The position numbers and the translations under genes were made by a program. This document shows, one piece after another, positions 36,509-45,917 of a stretch of DNA of 64,000 nt (within the stretch, counting starts at the first letter, position 1; the number at the start of each line of letters is the position of its first letter). The DNA is from a virus (lineage: Duplodnaviria > Caudoviricetes): IMG/VR virus record IMGVR_UViG_3300033069_001745, positions 17,161 to 81,160 of that record; one strand, given 5' to 3'. The notes under the pieces are model-generated. The model saw only the letters and a list, made by a program, of their open reading frames with translations, was not told where the DNA came from and searched no databases.

Positions 36509-37293
36509 CTGCCGCCCGACCGGCCTTCCGCAAGTTCGTGGTGGAGATGGACAAGGGGACGGTGCTGATACCTCTCTTGCACAGCTATCTCTTCGACGCG
36601 AAATTCCCCAAAGACTTTTCCGTAGACTTTCACTATCACTCGATGCATCGAGCGCCCGATGGATGGTTCCATCCGTCTACCCACCCCATCTGGCCCGCCC
36701 GGAAGCTCTGGCTCCACTGTCGGTACCCCGAGGCTACGATCTTGACCTCCAAGGAGTACATGGGCACGCTGTCGGTCACCATGGGTACTGCCGTGCATTC
36801 GTTCATCCAGATGTGCCTGGATGACATGGGGGTTCTGGAAGCGGCTGAGGTTCCCGCCGTGGATGACGAGCTTCACTCTCGGGGCTCGATGGATGGTGTA
36901 TTGAAACTCCCTGCCGGGCCATTCGGTGGTATCAATCGGCAGTTACTAGAATTTAAGACGAGCAATTTAGCGAAGCTCGGACGACTAAAGAGTCTCGATC
37001 TCGAAGCGTTCAAGAATACCTGGCCGGAATACTACCTCCAGGTGCAGGAGTACATGCGGGTCTCGGGGCTACGAGTGGCGGTGGTGCTCTTCATGGCGCT
37101 CGGCTACCCGTGGGAGCTGCGAGAGTTCCACGTGCCTTATGACGAGCGCATCGCAGCGTCGCTCAAGGAGAAGTACCGCATCGCTCTGGGCCCCGACCTG
37201 CCCCAGCCGTGCTGTGCCCCGGGGTCGTCGGTGGCTGCCTCGTGCCCGATGCGTACCGTGTGCCCGGTGGCGGGTGGGGTGCTTCCGTCATGA
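36505..37293 (+). CDS. Cas4-like / PD-(D/E)XK exonuclease
   Basis: GTAVH, GSMDG, LEFKT, YYLQVQEY; C-terminal C-C-x-CP-x-C cluster. Confidence 0.8.
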   Translation: MTAARPAFRKFVVEMDKGTVLIPLLHSYLFDAKFPKDFSVDFHYHSMHRAPDGWFHPSTHPIWPARKLWLHCRYPEATILTSKEYMGTLSVTMGTAVHSFIQMCLDDMGVLEAAEVPAVDDELHSRGSMDGVLKLPAGPFGGINRQLLEFKTSNLAKLGRLKSLDLEAFKNTWPEYYLQVQEYMRVSGLRVAVVLFMALGYPWELREFHVPYDERIAASLKEKYRIALGPDLPQPCCAPGSSVAASCPMRTVCPVAGGVLPS

Positions 37294-37826
37294 TCATCGC
37301 CGGGTTCGACCAGAGCCTGAATGCGTGCGGGTACGTCTTCGTACGCCTCGACGGCTTGAAGGTTCATCCAATCACCGCCGGAACGCTCAGTGGAGATGAC
37401 GGGGTGCACCCGGCGGTAGCTCTGGGGTGGTCAAAGATGGTTCAGCCGCTCGTGCAGGCGGAGAACTTGCAGATTCAGGTGCGCGATCTGCTTATGGAGC
37501 ACGAGCCCAGCCTGGTGTGCTTGGAGCGGCCTCCGATACGACGCCCCGGGATCGAGCGGGAATCCAGCTTGCTGTCCGCTGGGGCGGTGGTGGGTGCCGC
37601 CTTAAGCCTGGATATCCCGTTCACCGACGTGGGAGCCCAGGCGGCCAAGCGCCGCCTCACCGGTTTCGCCAACGCCGGGAAGTCCCAGGTGCGGAAGGCG
37701 TTCATCCAGAAGTGGCCTAATTTATCCGAGCGGATGATACGAACTGCTGACCAGCGTGATGCATGGTTGGTTGTGTGGGAGCATCTCTCCGGGTGGCGCG
37801 AGCAGTTCGAGTGTGAAGGCGGGTGA
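37290..37826 (+). CDS. ruvC: RuvC-like resolvase
   Basis: IAGFDQSL, CLERP, AKRRLTGFANAGK, DQRDA; ATGA coupling. Confidence 0.8.
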   Translation: MIIAGFDQSLNACGYVFVRLDGLKVHPITAGTLSGDDGVHPAVALGWSKMVQPLVQAENLQIQVRDLLMEHEPSLVCLERPPIRRPGIERESSLLSAGAVVGAALSLDIPFTDVGAQAAKRRLTGFANAGKSQVRKAFIQKWPNLSERMIRTADQRDAWLVVWEHLSGWREQFECEGG

Positions 37827-37832
37827 GGGGCG

Positions 37833-38540
37833 ATGAGTGATCCTCAGGGGTTGCGAGCCTCAGGGCAGACCCAGGTTGACGAGGTGGTGCACGCCGAGTC
37901 GATGCTGGCCGATGCCGAGATCGAGGTGGATGGACTCCCTCATCTGCCCGAGGAAGGCCACCAGGCCCAGTTTCGCACCCCGGGGTTCTCCCGGATGCGC
38001 ACCGATTGGACCGGGCCCGACGGAGCCCTAGTGCGCCGCATGTTGCACGAGATCGACGAACACATCGTGCACGAGTTCGCGGACGCTTACGTAGTGATGA
38101 ACGATCTGTTCGAGATCGTGCGTACCCCCGAGCTGGACGCCACCGGCATGCCGATGCGTGACGCTGTGGGACTCATCATCTGGAAGCGCAAGCCCAACGG
38201 TTCGTGGGACGAGGACTGGAACCGACTCACCCGAGCCCAGAAGGAGAACTTCCTCTTCGCCATCACGACCAGGCTCTTTGCCTGGGAGCAACGGGCGGCC
38301 GAGCGCTGGACGGAGTCGATGGTGGCCAAGGGGGTATGGGAGGAGGCGTTCTCCGTGGCCTACACCGGTCCCCAGACGGCGGGCCGCCCGACGATCGAGG
38401 ATCGCACCGCTACGGCCAAGGCAGCGTCGGCCGAGGATCGGTACTTCGCCATCTTCTCGGCGGCCTATTCCCGCAGGGCTGACGCCATTGTTCGCTGTAT
38501 GCGAGATCTCGGTCAGCGACTCAAGGACACCTTGATCTAG
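37833..38540 (+). CDS. Hypothetical phage protein
   Basis: 235-aa ORF with SD GAGG. Confidence 0.75.
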   Translation: MSDPQGLRASGQTQVDEVVHAESMLADAEIEVDGLPHLPEEGHQAQFRTPGFSRMRTDWTGPDGALVRRMLHEIDEHIVHEFADAYVVMNDLFEIVRTPELDATGMPMRDAVGLIIWKRKPNGSWDEDWNRLTRAQKENFLFAITTRLFAWEQRAAERWTESMVAKGVWEEAFSVAYTGPQTAGRPTIEDRTATAKAASAEDRYFAIFSAAYSRRADAIVRCMRDLGQRLKDTLI

Positions 38541-38595
38541 CGAGTTCCCCGGGATGCCGTCGGATTCGTGACGAATTCTGGCATTATGCTCGTCG

Positions 38596-39327
38596 GTGAG
38601 TCGGTTACCTTCCGCTGGTGCCCTGTCTTCGGGCTTGACTGTCGCTGTGCTGCGAGAGCTATTCCGCAACCTCGCACTATTTCGATCTACGTATGAAGAC
38701 CACGGCGTTGATACCGTGAAGTACGGAAAGCTTGAGATCACAATCTGGGATATGGAGTACCTTTACTCTATCCTCGATCAGCTCCCATCACGTCAGCACC
38801 AAGCTATTGAGTTCTGTTTGGTACGCCAATTCAAGGAACGTGAAGTTGCCTTGATGATGGGAGTATCAGAGACAAATCCGGTTGCGATGTATGCCACCTC
38901 GGGTCTGGAGAATATTCTCCAGATGATCAATAAGGGGCAACTCTTATACTTCCGGAGTGACGATTTCCAGCCCCCAGAGGTAGTCCGGGATCGCCTCCCG
39001 ACGGGGCTGCTCGGGGTCTGGGACCCGGGATCGTGCCTCTCGCCCTGGGGTTTGTGGTCGCGTCTCTACTTCCAACAGGAGAGGTTCCAGCATGGCCAGG
39101 ATGCGCTACGGTGTGAATCGTCAGCTCGAAGACCAGGCGGACGAGATCCTGCGCTTGAGCCTGAAGTCGGCCAAGACGCACAGCGAGAAGAAGGATGTCC
39201 TGACCCCGTGGAAGGCGCAGGATCGCATCTCGCGAGAGGTCTACGTGGCGTCTGGGACCCCAGATCCAGCTATTCGCCGTGGGGTATTTGGTCGGGTATA
39301 CAATCCGGTGCACCGGCATCTCAATAG
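38596..39327 (+). CDS. Sigma70 region-4-like HTH protein
   Basis: 'LDQLPSRQHQAIEFCLVRQFKEREVALMMGVS'. The C-terminal 236 nt overlap the next ORF. Confidence 0.6.
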   Translation: MSRLPSAGALSSGLTVAVLRELFRNLALFRSTYEDHGVDTVKYGKLEITIWDMEYLYSILDQLPSRQHQAIEFCLVRQFKEREVALMMGVSETNPVAMYATSGLENILQMINKGQLLYFRSDDFQPPEVVRDRLPTGLLGVWDPGSCLSPWGLWSRLYFQQERFQHGQDALRCESSARRPGGRDPALEPEVGQDAQREEGCPDPVEGAGSHLARGLRGVWDPRSSYSPWGIWSGIQSGAPASQ

Positions 39328-39466
39328 CCGGGAGGGTATAGCGCCACCGCTCAAGAACATGGCGGCCATTGACATGGACACGCTACAGTCGCACGTGGAG
39401 CGATACTCGACCAGGGAGGACTTCCCGGTGGACCCTCGGGCATCGTTCGACTCTGCTGAGGAGTGA
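39092..39466 (+). CDS. Hypothetical protein
   Basis: SD AGGAG; GTGA coupling to the next gene. Confidence 0.6.
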   Translation: MARMRYGVNRQLEDQADEILRLSLKSAKTHSEKKDVLTPWKAQDRISREVYVASGTPDPAIRRGVFGRVYNPVHRHLNSREGIAPPLKNMAAIDMDTLQSHVERYSTREDFPVDPRASFDSAEE

Positions 39467-40197
39467 CCACCATGCCGATCTCGGTGAACACCATCTCCGT
39501 GTTGAAGGAGACATCGGACCTGACGATGCCGGTGACGCCCCAGAGCGCCTTCATCATGCGCATCGGCGGCCGAGACATCCCGCTCGGGCTCGCCCGGGGG
39601 CACTGTGTGATCTGCAACCACCCGTGCCAGTCGGCCATCGAGTGGTCTCTGGTCCGACGCCGGTCGTTGCAGACCATCAACAAGATGTTGCCCGAGGGCA
39701 CCGATCGCATCGACATGCCTCACGTGGTGAGTCACCTGCGGACGTGCATGCTCAGTCGAGACGGCTATGCCGCCCTGCGTCACTGGGTGGAGCGCGAGGC
39801 CGAGGGGTACGACACCCCCGGAGCCCGGGCGACGGATCTGCTCGACGATCTGCTGACATCGGCGGAGAACTTCATCGAGTCGGGGGCCATGGAGGCGAAC
39901 ATGAAGCCGAGCGATGCCATCGCCATCGTGAAGATGGCCATGTCGCTCGATGAAGACGTGCAGGCGATCGGGGAGGAGACCTACACCGAAGCCTTTGCCA
40001 CCTACCTCGATGCGGTGCGCGAGCACACCACCGAGGAACAGCAACGAGCCATCGCCCGGGCGCTGGCCACCAACCCGGTGCTCCGTAGGCTGGCAGGCCA
40101 GGAGAGCCACGACGTGATGGTGGTGGAAGCCACGGCGGAGCTGGTGGAGTCCACGGGCCGACGTTCCTCGTGGAACACCGAGGGGTACGAAGGATAG
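39463..40197 (+). CDS. Zn-finger/HTH hypothetical protein (terminase small subunit candidate)
   Basis: 'CVICNHP...IE..L...SL..I...H' motif then helical region; lies about 2 kb upstream of TerL. Confidence 0.45.
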   Translation: MTTMPISVNTISVLKETSDLTMPVTPQSAFIMRIGGRDIPLGLARGHCVICNHPCQSAIEWSLVRRRSLQTINKMLPEGTDRIDMPHVVSHLRTCMLSRDGYAALRHWVEREAEGYDTPGARATDLLDDLLTSAENFIESGAMEANMKPSDAIAIVKMAMSLDEDVQAIGEETYTEAFATYLDAVREHTTEEQQRAIARALATNPVLRRLAGQESHDVMVVEATAELVESTGRRSSWNTEGYEG

Positions 40198-40220
40198 AGA
40201 AATAATTTCTTCTGTAGGGG

Positions 40221-40250
40221 TTGACGAGGCTCTGTCAGGAAGCTTAGAGT
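40221..40250 (+). promoter_or_regulatory. sigma70-type promoter
   Basis: TTGACG-N18-TAGAGT with an AT-rich UP-like tract upstream. Confidence 0.7.
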
Positions 40251-40293
40251 TAGGACATCCACCAACCACCAACCCTTGACCGGAGTGTGTGCG

Positions 40294-41298
40294 ATGTTTC
40301 TTGCTGCCGAACCCGAACTGACCATCGATGACCTGCGGGCCATGCTCGGCTCCGAGGCGGTGACCACCGTCGTGCGGGCCAACGAGATCTACGTTGATCT
40401 CACCAATACGGGGACGATTTCGTTCCGTCGTGACAGCGATTCCCGGACGATCGATGTGCCCGCCAACAGTACTTCGATCTCCCACCTGGCCGACATGCTC
40501 AACGTTCCCGGGAAGTTCCTCTCCCGTCAGGACTCGGGTCTTCAGGAGCTGATCCTGCGGGAGCTGATCGCCCGGCGCAACGAAGAGCTTCGGGTGGCCT
40601 ACGTGCCCGACCAGGGGATCTCGTCGTTCCACGGGCTCAACGATCTCGTGATCACCAACCTCCAGGTCGTCTCGACGGCTGGGAAGATCTTCCCCGGGGA
40701 CGCGGAGATTGTGAACCTCTACGCCACCCCTGATCTGTTCACCTTCGAGGTGGTTGCGTCCGACGTGATGCCCGAGGCTCGCCTGGGCGATCCCCAGATC
40801 GACGACATCACCAAGGCCGGGTTGCGCTTCGAGCTGGAGTCCAAGGGTGCACCCCGGGTGATGCCTTTCCAGTACCGCCCGGTGTGCACCAACGGCATGG
40901 TGACCCGCAAGGATGCCCATGCGCTCGATGCCCGGGGGCAGAGTGTGGATGAGGTGCTCGATGAGCTGGAGCGCCAGGCCCAGTTGGCCTTCGCCCGGGT
41001 GGAGCACGAGGTACAGGCATTCTATGACCTGCGCAACGTCCCGGTGGAGAACCCCGAGCGGGTGCTGGCTCGGGTGGCCAACGAGCACGGCTTGTCCAGC
41101 CTCATGCGGGTGCGTCTGATCGAGCGGGCGGCGGAGCTGGAGAGCCCCACCATGTTCGACGTGATCGGGCTCATCACCAACGCGGCCAACGATCCCCGAG
41201 TGAAGCCCGCCATGCGCCACCGGCTCCAGACGGTGGGCGGTGCGGTGGCTGTTGACTCGCATTCCCGGTGCGGCCACTGCTCGTCGCGGCTCAACTGA
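40294..41298 (+). CDS. DUF932-like phage protein
   Basis: 'FQYRPVCTNGMV' motif and C-terminal 'TMFDVIGLITN'. Confidence 0.6.
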   Translation: MFLAAEPELTIDDLRAMLGSEAVTTVVRANEIYVDLTNTGTISFRRDSDSRTIDVPANSTSISHLADMLNVPGKFLSRQDSGLQELILRELIARRNEELRVAYVPDQGISSFHGLNDLVITNLQVVSTAGKIFPGDAEIVNLYATPDLFTFEVVASDVMPEARLGDPQIDDITKAGLRFELESKGAPRVMPFQYRPVCTNGMVTRKDAHALDARGQSVDEVLDELERQAQLAFARVEHEVQAFYDLRNVPVENPERVLARVANEHGLSSLMRVRLIERAAELESPTMFDVIGLITNAANDPRVKPAMRHRLQTVGGAVAVDSHSRCGHCSSRLN

Positions 41299-41338
41299 TC
41301 GCCGCTAGGAACTGCACGGATCGAGGTACGCTCGGTCC

Positions 41339-41746
41339 GTGCAGTTTCGCGTTTTGGGTCGAACCGAAGATGGGCAAGATGAAGAGATTTCCCTTTCGCC
41401 TGGACAAGCCAACCATTGGGCTCGCACGGCGTTAGTAGTGGCCTTTCCCATGTTGCGAGACTTTCGGGTTGTTGCTGATGCTCCCGGGGAACCGGAGATG
41501 GCCCGGGGCGGCGTGGGAGACTTCGTGGTCTTGAACGACGGGACCCCGTGGGTGCAGCCCGGGCCAGCCTTCCGGGCGATGCATGTGCCCATCCCGGTGC
41601 GCTCATCTGATGACATCATGCGGCTGCGGGAGACGCTGCGGCGCATCCTGATGCAACGCATCGAGTTCGACGAGGACGACGGAGCCGAAGAGCTTGTGGA
41701 CGTTCTCCTGACCACGATCGCGACTGTGGAGGTAGCACCAGCATGA
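41339..41746 (+). CDS. Hypothetical protein
   Basis: SD GAGGT; ATGA coupling downstream. Confidence 0.65.
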   Translation: MQFRVLGRTEDGQDEEISLSPGQANHWARTALVVAFPMLRDFRVVADAPGEPEMARGGVGDFVVLNDGTPWVQPGPAFRAMHVPIPVRSSDDIMRLRETLRRILMQRIEFDEDDGAEELVDVLLTTIATVEVAPA

Positions 41747-42192
41747 GTGGACTCATCTTGCCCCCGGGAGCCCGTAAGGAAGAGCAGGGCGGGGTGGACT
41801 CCAGCATCGACCTCTACGACAGCGACATCCTGCGCATCGAGAAGGTGCTTGATCGGCTCAACGCCGAGGATGTTGGCAAGCCGCGAGACATCGAAAGCCT
41901 CATGAAGAAGATCATCGATCTCTTTCACGACATCGGGCTACGGGTGGACGTGAGCGTCTGGACTGCGGCGGACAACCGAGGCCAAGAGGTGGAGGGAACC
42001 TACATTCCGTCCATCACCATCAATGGCCGTGTTGATTCAGATCATCAATTCGATTATGACCGCATGGTGCATGAAGTAACCAATGACATCTTAGAATTGG
42101 GTCACGACGGGATTATCAATACGAAGACGATGAGCCAGGAGACCAAGGATCTACTGGCGGCCCACGGTGGCGGCCGTTGTACCTGCCACTGA
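41743..42192 (+). CDS. Hypothetical protein
   Basis: 149-aa ORF preceding TerL. Confidence 0.7.
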   Translation: MSGLILPPGARKEEQGGVDSSIDLYDSDILRIEKVLDRLNAEDVGKPRDIESLMKKIIDLFHDIGLRVDVSVWTAADNRGQEVEGTYIPSITINGRVDSDHQFDYDRMVHEVTNDILELGHDGIINTKTMSQETKDLLAAHGGGRCTCH

Positions 42193-42201
42193 TGGCGGTC
42201 T

Positions 42202-44253
42202 ATGCTCCCCGACCCAAAGATCCTGCTGCCTGACGACCCGCCGGACATCATCGAATTCGCTACTTCACCGAGATATCTCGGGCGCAAGATTTACCCACGT
42301 CAAGCCACGCTTCTGAAGGCGATATTCCTTCAGAGCGAATTGTTCACTTCATACGACATGGCGGTGCTCGAAGAGTGGGCCACGATGGAGTTCCGGCTTC
42401 CACCGAAGGAAGGTTGGGACGTCGAGAAGCCCTACCGCTTCGTCGGGATGGCGGGTATCCAACCCGACATCTTGGAGCGCGTCGACATCAACCGGGCCGA
42501 CGGGCGCAAGTGGTTCCGTGAGGTTCTGGCGGTGATCGGGCGTCGCGGCGGGAAGGGTTACATCGGGGCAATCTCCGGGGCCTACGTGATGTGGCACTAT
42601 CTCTGCCACGTTGACCCGCAGGAGCACTATTCGATCGCCAAGGACAAGCGCTTGGCCGCCCTGGTGTTCGCCGGGAAGAAGCTCCAGGCGGTGCAGAACC
42701 AATGGCGTGACCTCGTGAACGTGATCATCGCCGCCCCGTGCTTCCAGCCCTTCATCTCCCAGTCGCTCGGGGAGAGCCTCACCGTGCACTCGAAGGTATC
42801 CCTCGGGCGCCGGGAAGAGTTGGCCGCCCAGGGTGTGCATACCTCGATGGACCTAGCCAGCTTCGAGGTGCTCCCCAAAGAAGCGACAACCATGGCTGGC
42901 CGCGGCCCTGCGGCCTATTTACTTTTCTTCGATGAAATGGCTCACGTAATTGCTACGGGTGCCTCTCGCTCGGCCGAAGAGCTATACACCACCGCAACTC
43001 CGGCACTAGATCAGTTCGGGGTAGACGGCTTTATCTACGCCGGTTCTTCACCCTGGCAGATGATCGGGCAGTTCTATGATCTGTGCCAGGACGCTTTGCA
43101 GGTTGAGTTGGATACGTTGGAGCCGGTATACCCGGAGAAATTACTCGTCCAGCTTACGTCTTGGGACATTTACAAAGATTATGAGCGGGCACACAAGATC
43201 ATGCGAGTCCCGGGGACCGACAAGGCGTACACATTCCTGGCGCGACACGACCCGTCTCCGAAGACCAACATCTCGTTGGCCCATCACTATGTGTTCAATG
43301 CCGAGTTGGAGCCGGTGCGGGCCAAGGCGTTCGACCCCATCGATCGCCCCATCCAGGCGTACGACGACCAGATGAAGCGGCTGGAGCGGGCGAACCCCGA
43401 TACCTTCGCAGTGGAGCGCCGGTCACGCTGGGCATCGGTCCTCGACACCTACCTCAACGCCGACCTCGTGGATCGGATGTTCGAGCCCTACGACGGGTTC
43501 AACCTGCGGATGCAGGACAAGGGCGTCTTGGCCAACACCTACGTGGCCCACGGGGACCCGAGCTACTCCAACGCCAACTTCGGCTGGGCCATCGCCCACC
43601 GAGTGGGCCCGGACGCCGATGGGCTCTACCACGTGGTGTTCGACAAAGTGCACTTCTGGGCCCCGTGGAGCTTCGACGATGGTCGGGTCGACTACATCCA
43701 GATCGAGAAAGAGATCGTGACAGACCTGATCAACTTCGTTCCGTCCATAGTGACGTTCGACCAGTTCTCCTCGGGTCCGATCATGGCCCAGATACGTCAA
43801 GAGGTACACAAGCGCAACTTGCCAAAGCGTGTAACGATTGATGAGCGCACGGCAACTGCCCCGCAGAACTGGGCGGTGGCGGAGTGCTTTAAGACTGCAC
43901 TAGGTATGAATTTGATCCACTCTCCATACCAGGAGCAATTGGAATTGGAGTGCAAATTCCTCCAACGGAAATCGAATCGGGTTGATCACCCAACGATGGG
44001 GCCAGTGCAAACGAAAGACGTCTTCGACGCGGTCTCCAACTGCGTGTTCACCCTGATCGGACAGCAGATGGAGGCGTTCATGGAGGGGTTCCGGGGCGTG
44101 GGCATCCATGCGGTGGCTCAGTCGCTTGATGGTTCGTCGGCCATGATGGATCACGACCGCGAGATACATCAGAGGCTGTCGTCGTCGCTGAGGCGCACCC
44201 AAGGGTTGTACGGCGGGGCCAGCCCAACCCGCCGGAGCGGGTGGAGGCCATGA
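42202..44253 (+). CDS. terL: Terminase large subunit
   Basis: Q motif YPRQ, Walker A GRRGGKG, Walker B FFDEMAH, nuclease AHGDP, FDQF, KDVFDAV. Confidence 0.88.
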   Translation: MLPDPKILLPDDPPDIIEFATSPRYLGRKIYPRQATLLKAIFLQSELFTSYDMAVLEEWATMEFRLPPKEGWDVEKPYRFVGMAGIQPDILERVDINRADGRKWFREVLAVIGRRGGKGYIGAISGAYVMWHYLCHVDPQEHYSIAKDKRLAALVFAGKKLQAVQNQWRDLVNVIIAAPCFQPFISQSLGESLTVHSKVSLGRREELAAQGVHTSMDLASFEVLPKEATTMAGRGPAAYLLFFDEMAHVIATGASRSAEELYTTATPALDQFGVDGFIYAGSSPWQMIGQFYDLCQDALQVELDTLEPVYPEKLLVQLTSWDIYKDYERAHKIMRVPGTDKAYTFLARHDPSPKTNISLAHHYVFNAELEPVRAKAFDPIDRPIQAYDDQMKRLERANPDTFAVERRSRWASVLDTYLNADLVDRMFEPYDGFNLRMQDKGVLANTYVAHGDPSYSNANFGWAIAHRVGPDADGLYHVVFDKVHFWAPWSFDDGRVDYIQIEKEIVTDLINFVPSIVTFDQFSSGPIMAQIRQEVHKRNLPKRVTIDERTATAPQNWAVAECFKTALGMNLIHSPYQEQLELECKFLQRKSNRVDHPTMGPVQTKDVFDAVSNCVFTLIGQQMEAFMEGFRGVGIHAVAQSLDGSSAMMDHDREIHQRLSSSLRRTQGLYGGASPTRRSGWRP

Positions 44254-44516
44254 GCAGCAGCAACGGTGGCAGCGAGATGTCGGTGGTGCAGTCGTGGCAC
44301 CACATCGACCATGCGCTCTTGGAAGAGGGCCCGCTGGCCAATTGCGTGCTGGAGATCCCGGCAACCCTGCCCTTGCATCTAGTGGTCTCGTGGCGGGGCC
44401 AGGAGAGCAACAAGCTGAGCGACTCGATCTACCGCCGGGTGGATGTGGGTAAGTATGCGTCGCGCAACGACCATGGCCAGGTGCGCTACCAGTATCAGCA
44501 GGACGTACCTCGCTGA
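44250..44516 (+). CDS. Hypothetical protein
   Basis: ATGA coupling to TerL. Confidence 0.55.
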   Translation: MSSSNGGSEMSVVQSWHHIDHALLEEGPLANCVLEIPATLPLHLVVSWRGQESNKLSDSIYRRVDVGKYASRNDHGQVRYQYQQDVPR

Positions 44517-44568
44517 CCTGGCGCTTCCCCAAGCAAGCTTGCTAGAGTCGCCTAAGTAAGCTTGGTGT

Positions 44569-44916
44569 GTGGAGGATGCAGTGCCCCCGGGACAGACCGT
44601 ACGACCTCGGCCGAAGTGTGAACGATGCGGTCACCCGTTGTCGTTTCACCCCACCCAGGGCCCGGACGCGAGCTGTCAGGCCGTCGGGTGCTCGTGTGCC
44701 TCCTACCAGGGCTGGACCTGGACGTGGGCCAAGACAGCGCCCCTCGACGAGGCGCTGACCCGACTGGGGCTACTCCGCCTCAACGAACTGGAGCAAGTTG
44801 CCCCGAAGCGGTTCCTGCACGAGGTGCCTACCCGGGAGCTGCACACCGAGTCCAAGGCCGAGACGATGGAGTGGCGCATCGACCGCCAGTGGTTGGATCG
44901 TCAGGCCAGGCCGTGA
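44569..44916 (+). CDS. Hypothetical Zn-finger protein
   Basis: 'CERCGHPLSFH...CQAVGCSC'. Confidence 0.55.
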   Translation: MEDAVPPGQTVRPRPKCERCGHPLSFHPTQGPDASCQAVGCSCASYQGWTWTWAKTAPLDEALTRLGLLRLNELEQVAPKRFLHEVPTRELHTESKAETMEWRIDRQWLDRQARP

Positions 44917-45476
44917 GTGACGTTCCTCTCGAACCCACTTACGCCTGGATCGCTCTGTGCACCACGGGAGACAACCCCCGGCTCGACCATGTACTCGAAG
45001 TGGCCGCCGTGCTCACCGGTCCCGATCTGGTCGCTATCAAGTCGCTCGCCCTGGTGGTGAACCCCGAGCTTGGTCGACACGGAGCGCACTGGGAGGATCG
45101 CTTGGGCCCCGAGCGCAAGCACCGCTTCTCACGCTCGGGGCTGTTGCGCGAGGTGTCTTACGGTTCCTCGCCCGCCTACATCGATGAGGCGTTCGCTTCC
45201 CTCCTGGTTGGCGGGAAATTTATTTGTGCTGGGTACGAGCCCCAGATGATCTACGCCTTCGCTCGGGAGCAGATGTCTGGGCTGGCGAGCAAGCTTCAGC
45301 ACCGCTTCTGCGATCTCTCGTCCATGCGGGTGTTCATCGGTGATCTCGTGCAACGAGAGGACCTTCTGGCGGACTTCGGGGAACGTCCGGGTCGAGCTAT
45401 GCTCGCTGTCCAGGATGCATTGAGCGAAGCTCGCATCTATGCGAGCTATCTTGCTGCGGTGCCCTTGGGGGAATGA
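44913..45476 (+). CDS. Oligoribonuclease (Orn)-like protein with degenerate DEDDh active site
   Basis: Aligns by eye to Orn: 'AWIALCTTGDNP...HVLEVAAVLTGPDL', 'HRFCDLSSM', 'GRAMLAVQDALSE'. Confidence 0.6.
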   Translation: MSDVPLEPTYAWIALCTTGDNPRLDHVLEVAAVLTGPDLVAIKSLALVVNPELGRHGAHWEDRLGPERKHRFSRSGLLREVSYGSSPAYIDEAFASLLVGGKFICAGYEPQMIYAFAREQMSGLASKLQHRFCDLSSMRVFIGDLVQREDLLADFGERPGRAMLAVQDALSEARIYASYLAAVPLGE

Positions 45477-45605
45477 GCTACCAAGGTACTCTGGGACAGT
45501 TCATGAGATTGCACGAGATATCTATCTCGCCAATCCACCACTGCACTCTTTGCCCGAGGTATTGTCTCGCCCGACAAGGTTGAGGGGTGAAGGAGGACCA
45601 GCGTC

Positions 45606-45917
45606 GTGTTTGACGTTGAGGCACAGCAGTCATGGTTCCATCAGAGCGCGTGTCGGGAGGTGGAAACGGACGTGTTCTTCCCGACATCAACGGGGCCGAT
45701 GTCGAGCAGACGAGCCAAGGCGATCTGTGCTACGTGCGGGGTGCGAGTCGAGTGCCTGGTCTTCGCCCTGCGCCACCGCGAGGTGGAAGGCATCTGGGGT
45801 GGATTGACCGAGCGGGAGCGACGTTCGGTCATGCGCCGGGCAGGTGGCGCTTCGGTGGTGCGTCAAGAGGATCGTCACGTGGTCATCGAGCGCATCCGAA
45901 TGATTGCCAGGGACTAG
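45606..45917 (+). CDS. whiB: WhiB-family transcriptional regulator
   Basis: W...AC...D.FFP...AKAICATCGVRVECL..AL...GIWGGLTERER. Confidence 0.95.
   Translation: MFDVEAQQSWFHQSACREVETDVFFPTSTGPMSSRRAKAICATCGVRVECLVFALRHREVEGIWGGLTERERRSVMRRAGGASVVRQEDRHVVIERIRMIARD

Noticed and set aside
16816-37293. DinG helicase and Cas4-like nuclease as parts of a type IV-like CRISPR system with the RAMP gene
   Set aside because: They lie 17-37 kb away inside ordinary replication operons, and both are common standalone phage genes.
39241-41277. 678-aa minus-strand ORF (also 5257..6921, 46933..48552, 17557..18570 and similar)
   Set aside because: Antisense shadows of real GC3-rich plus-strand genes; no recognisable motifs.
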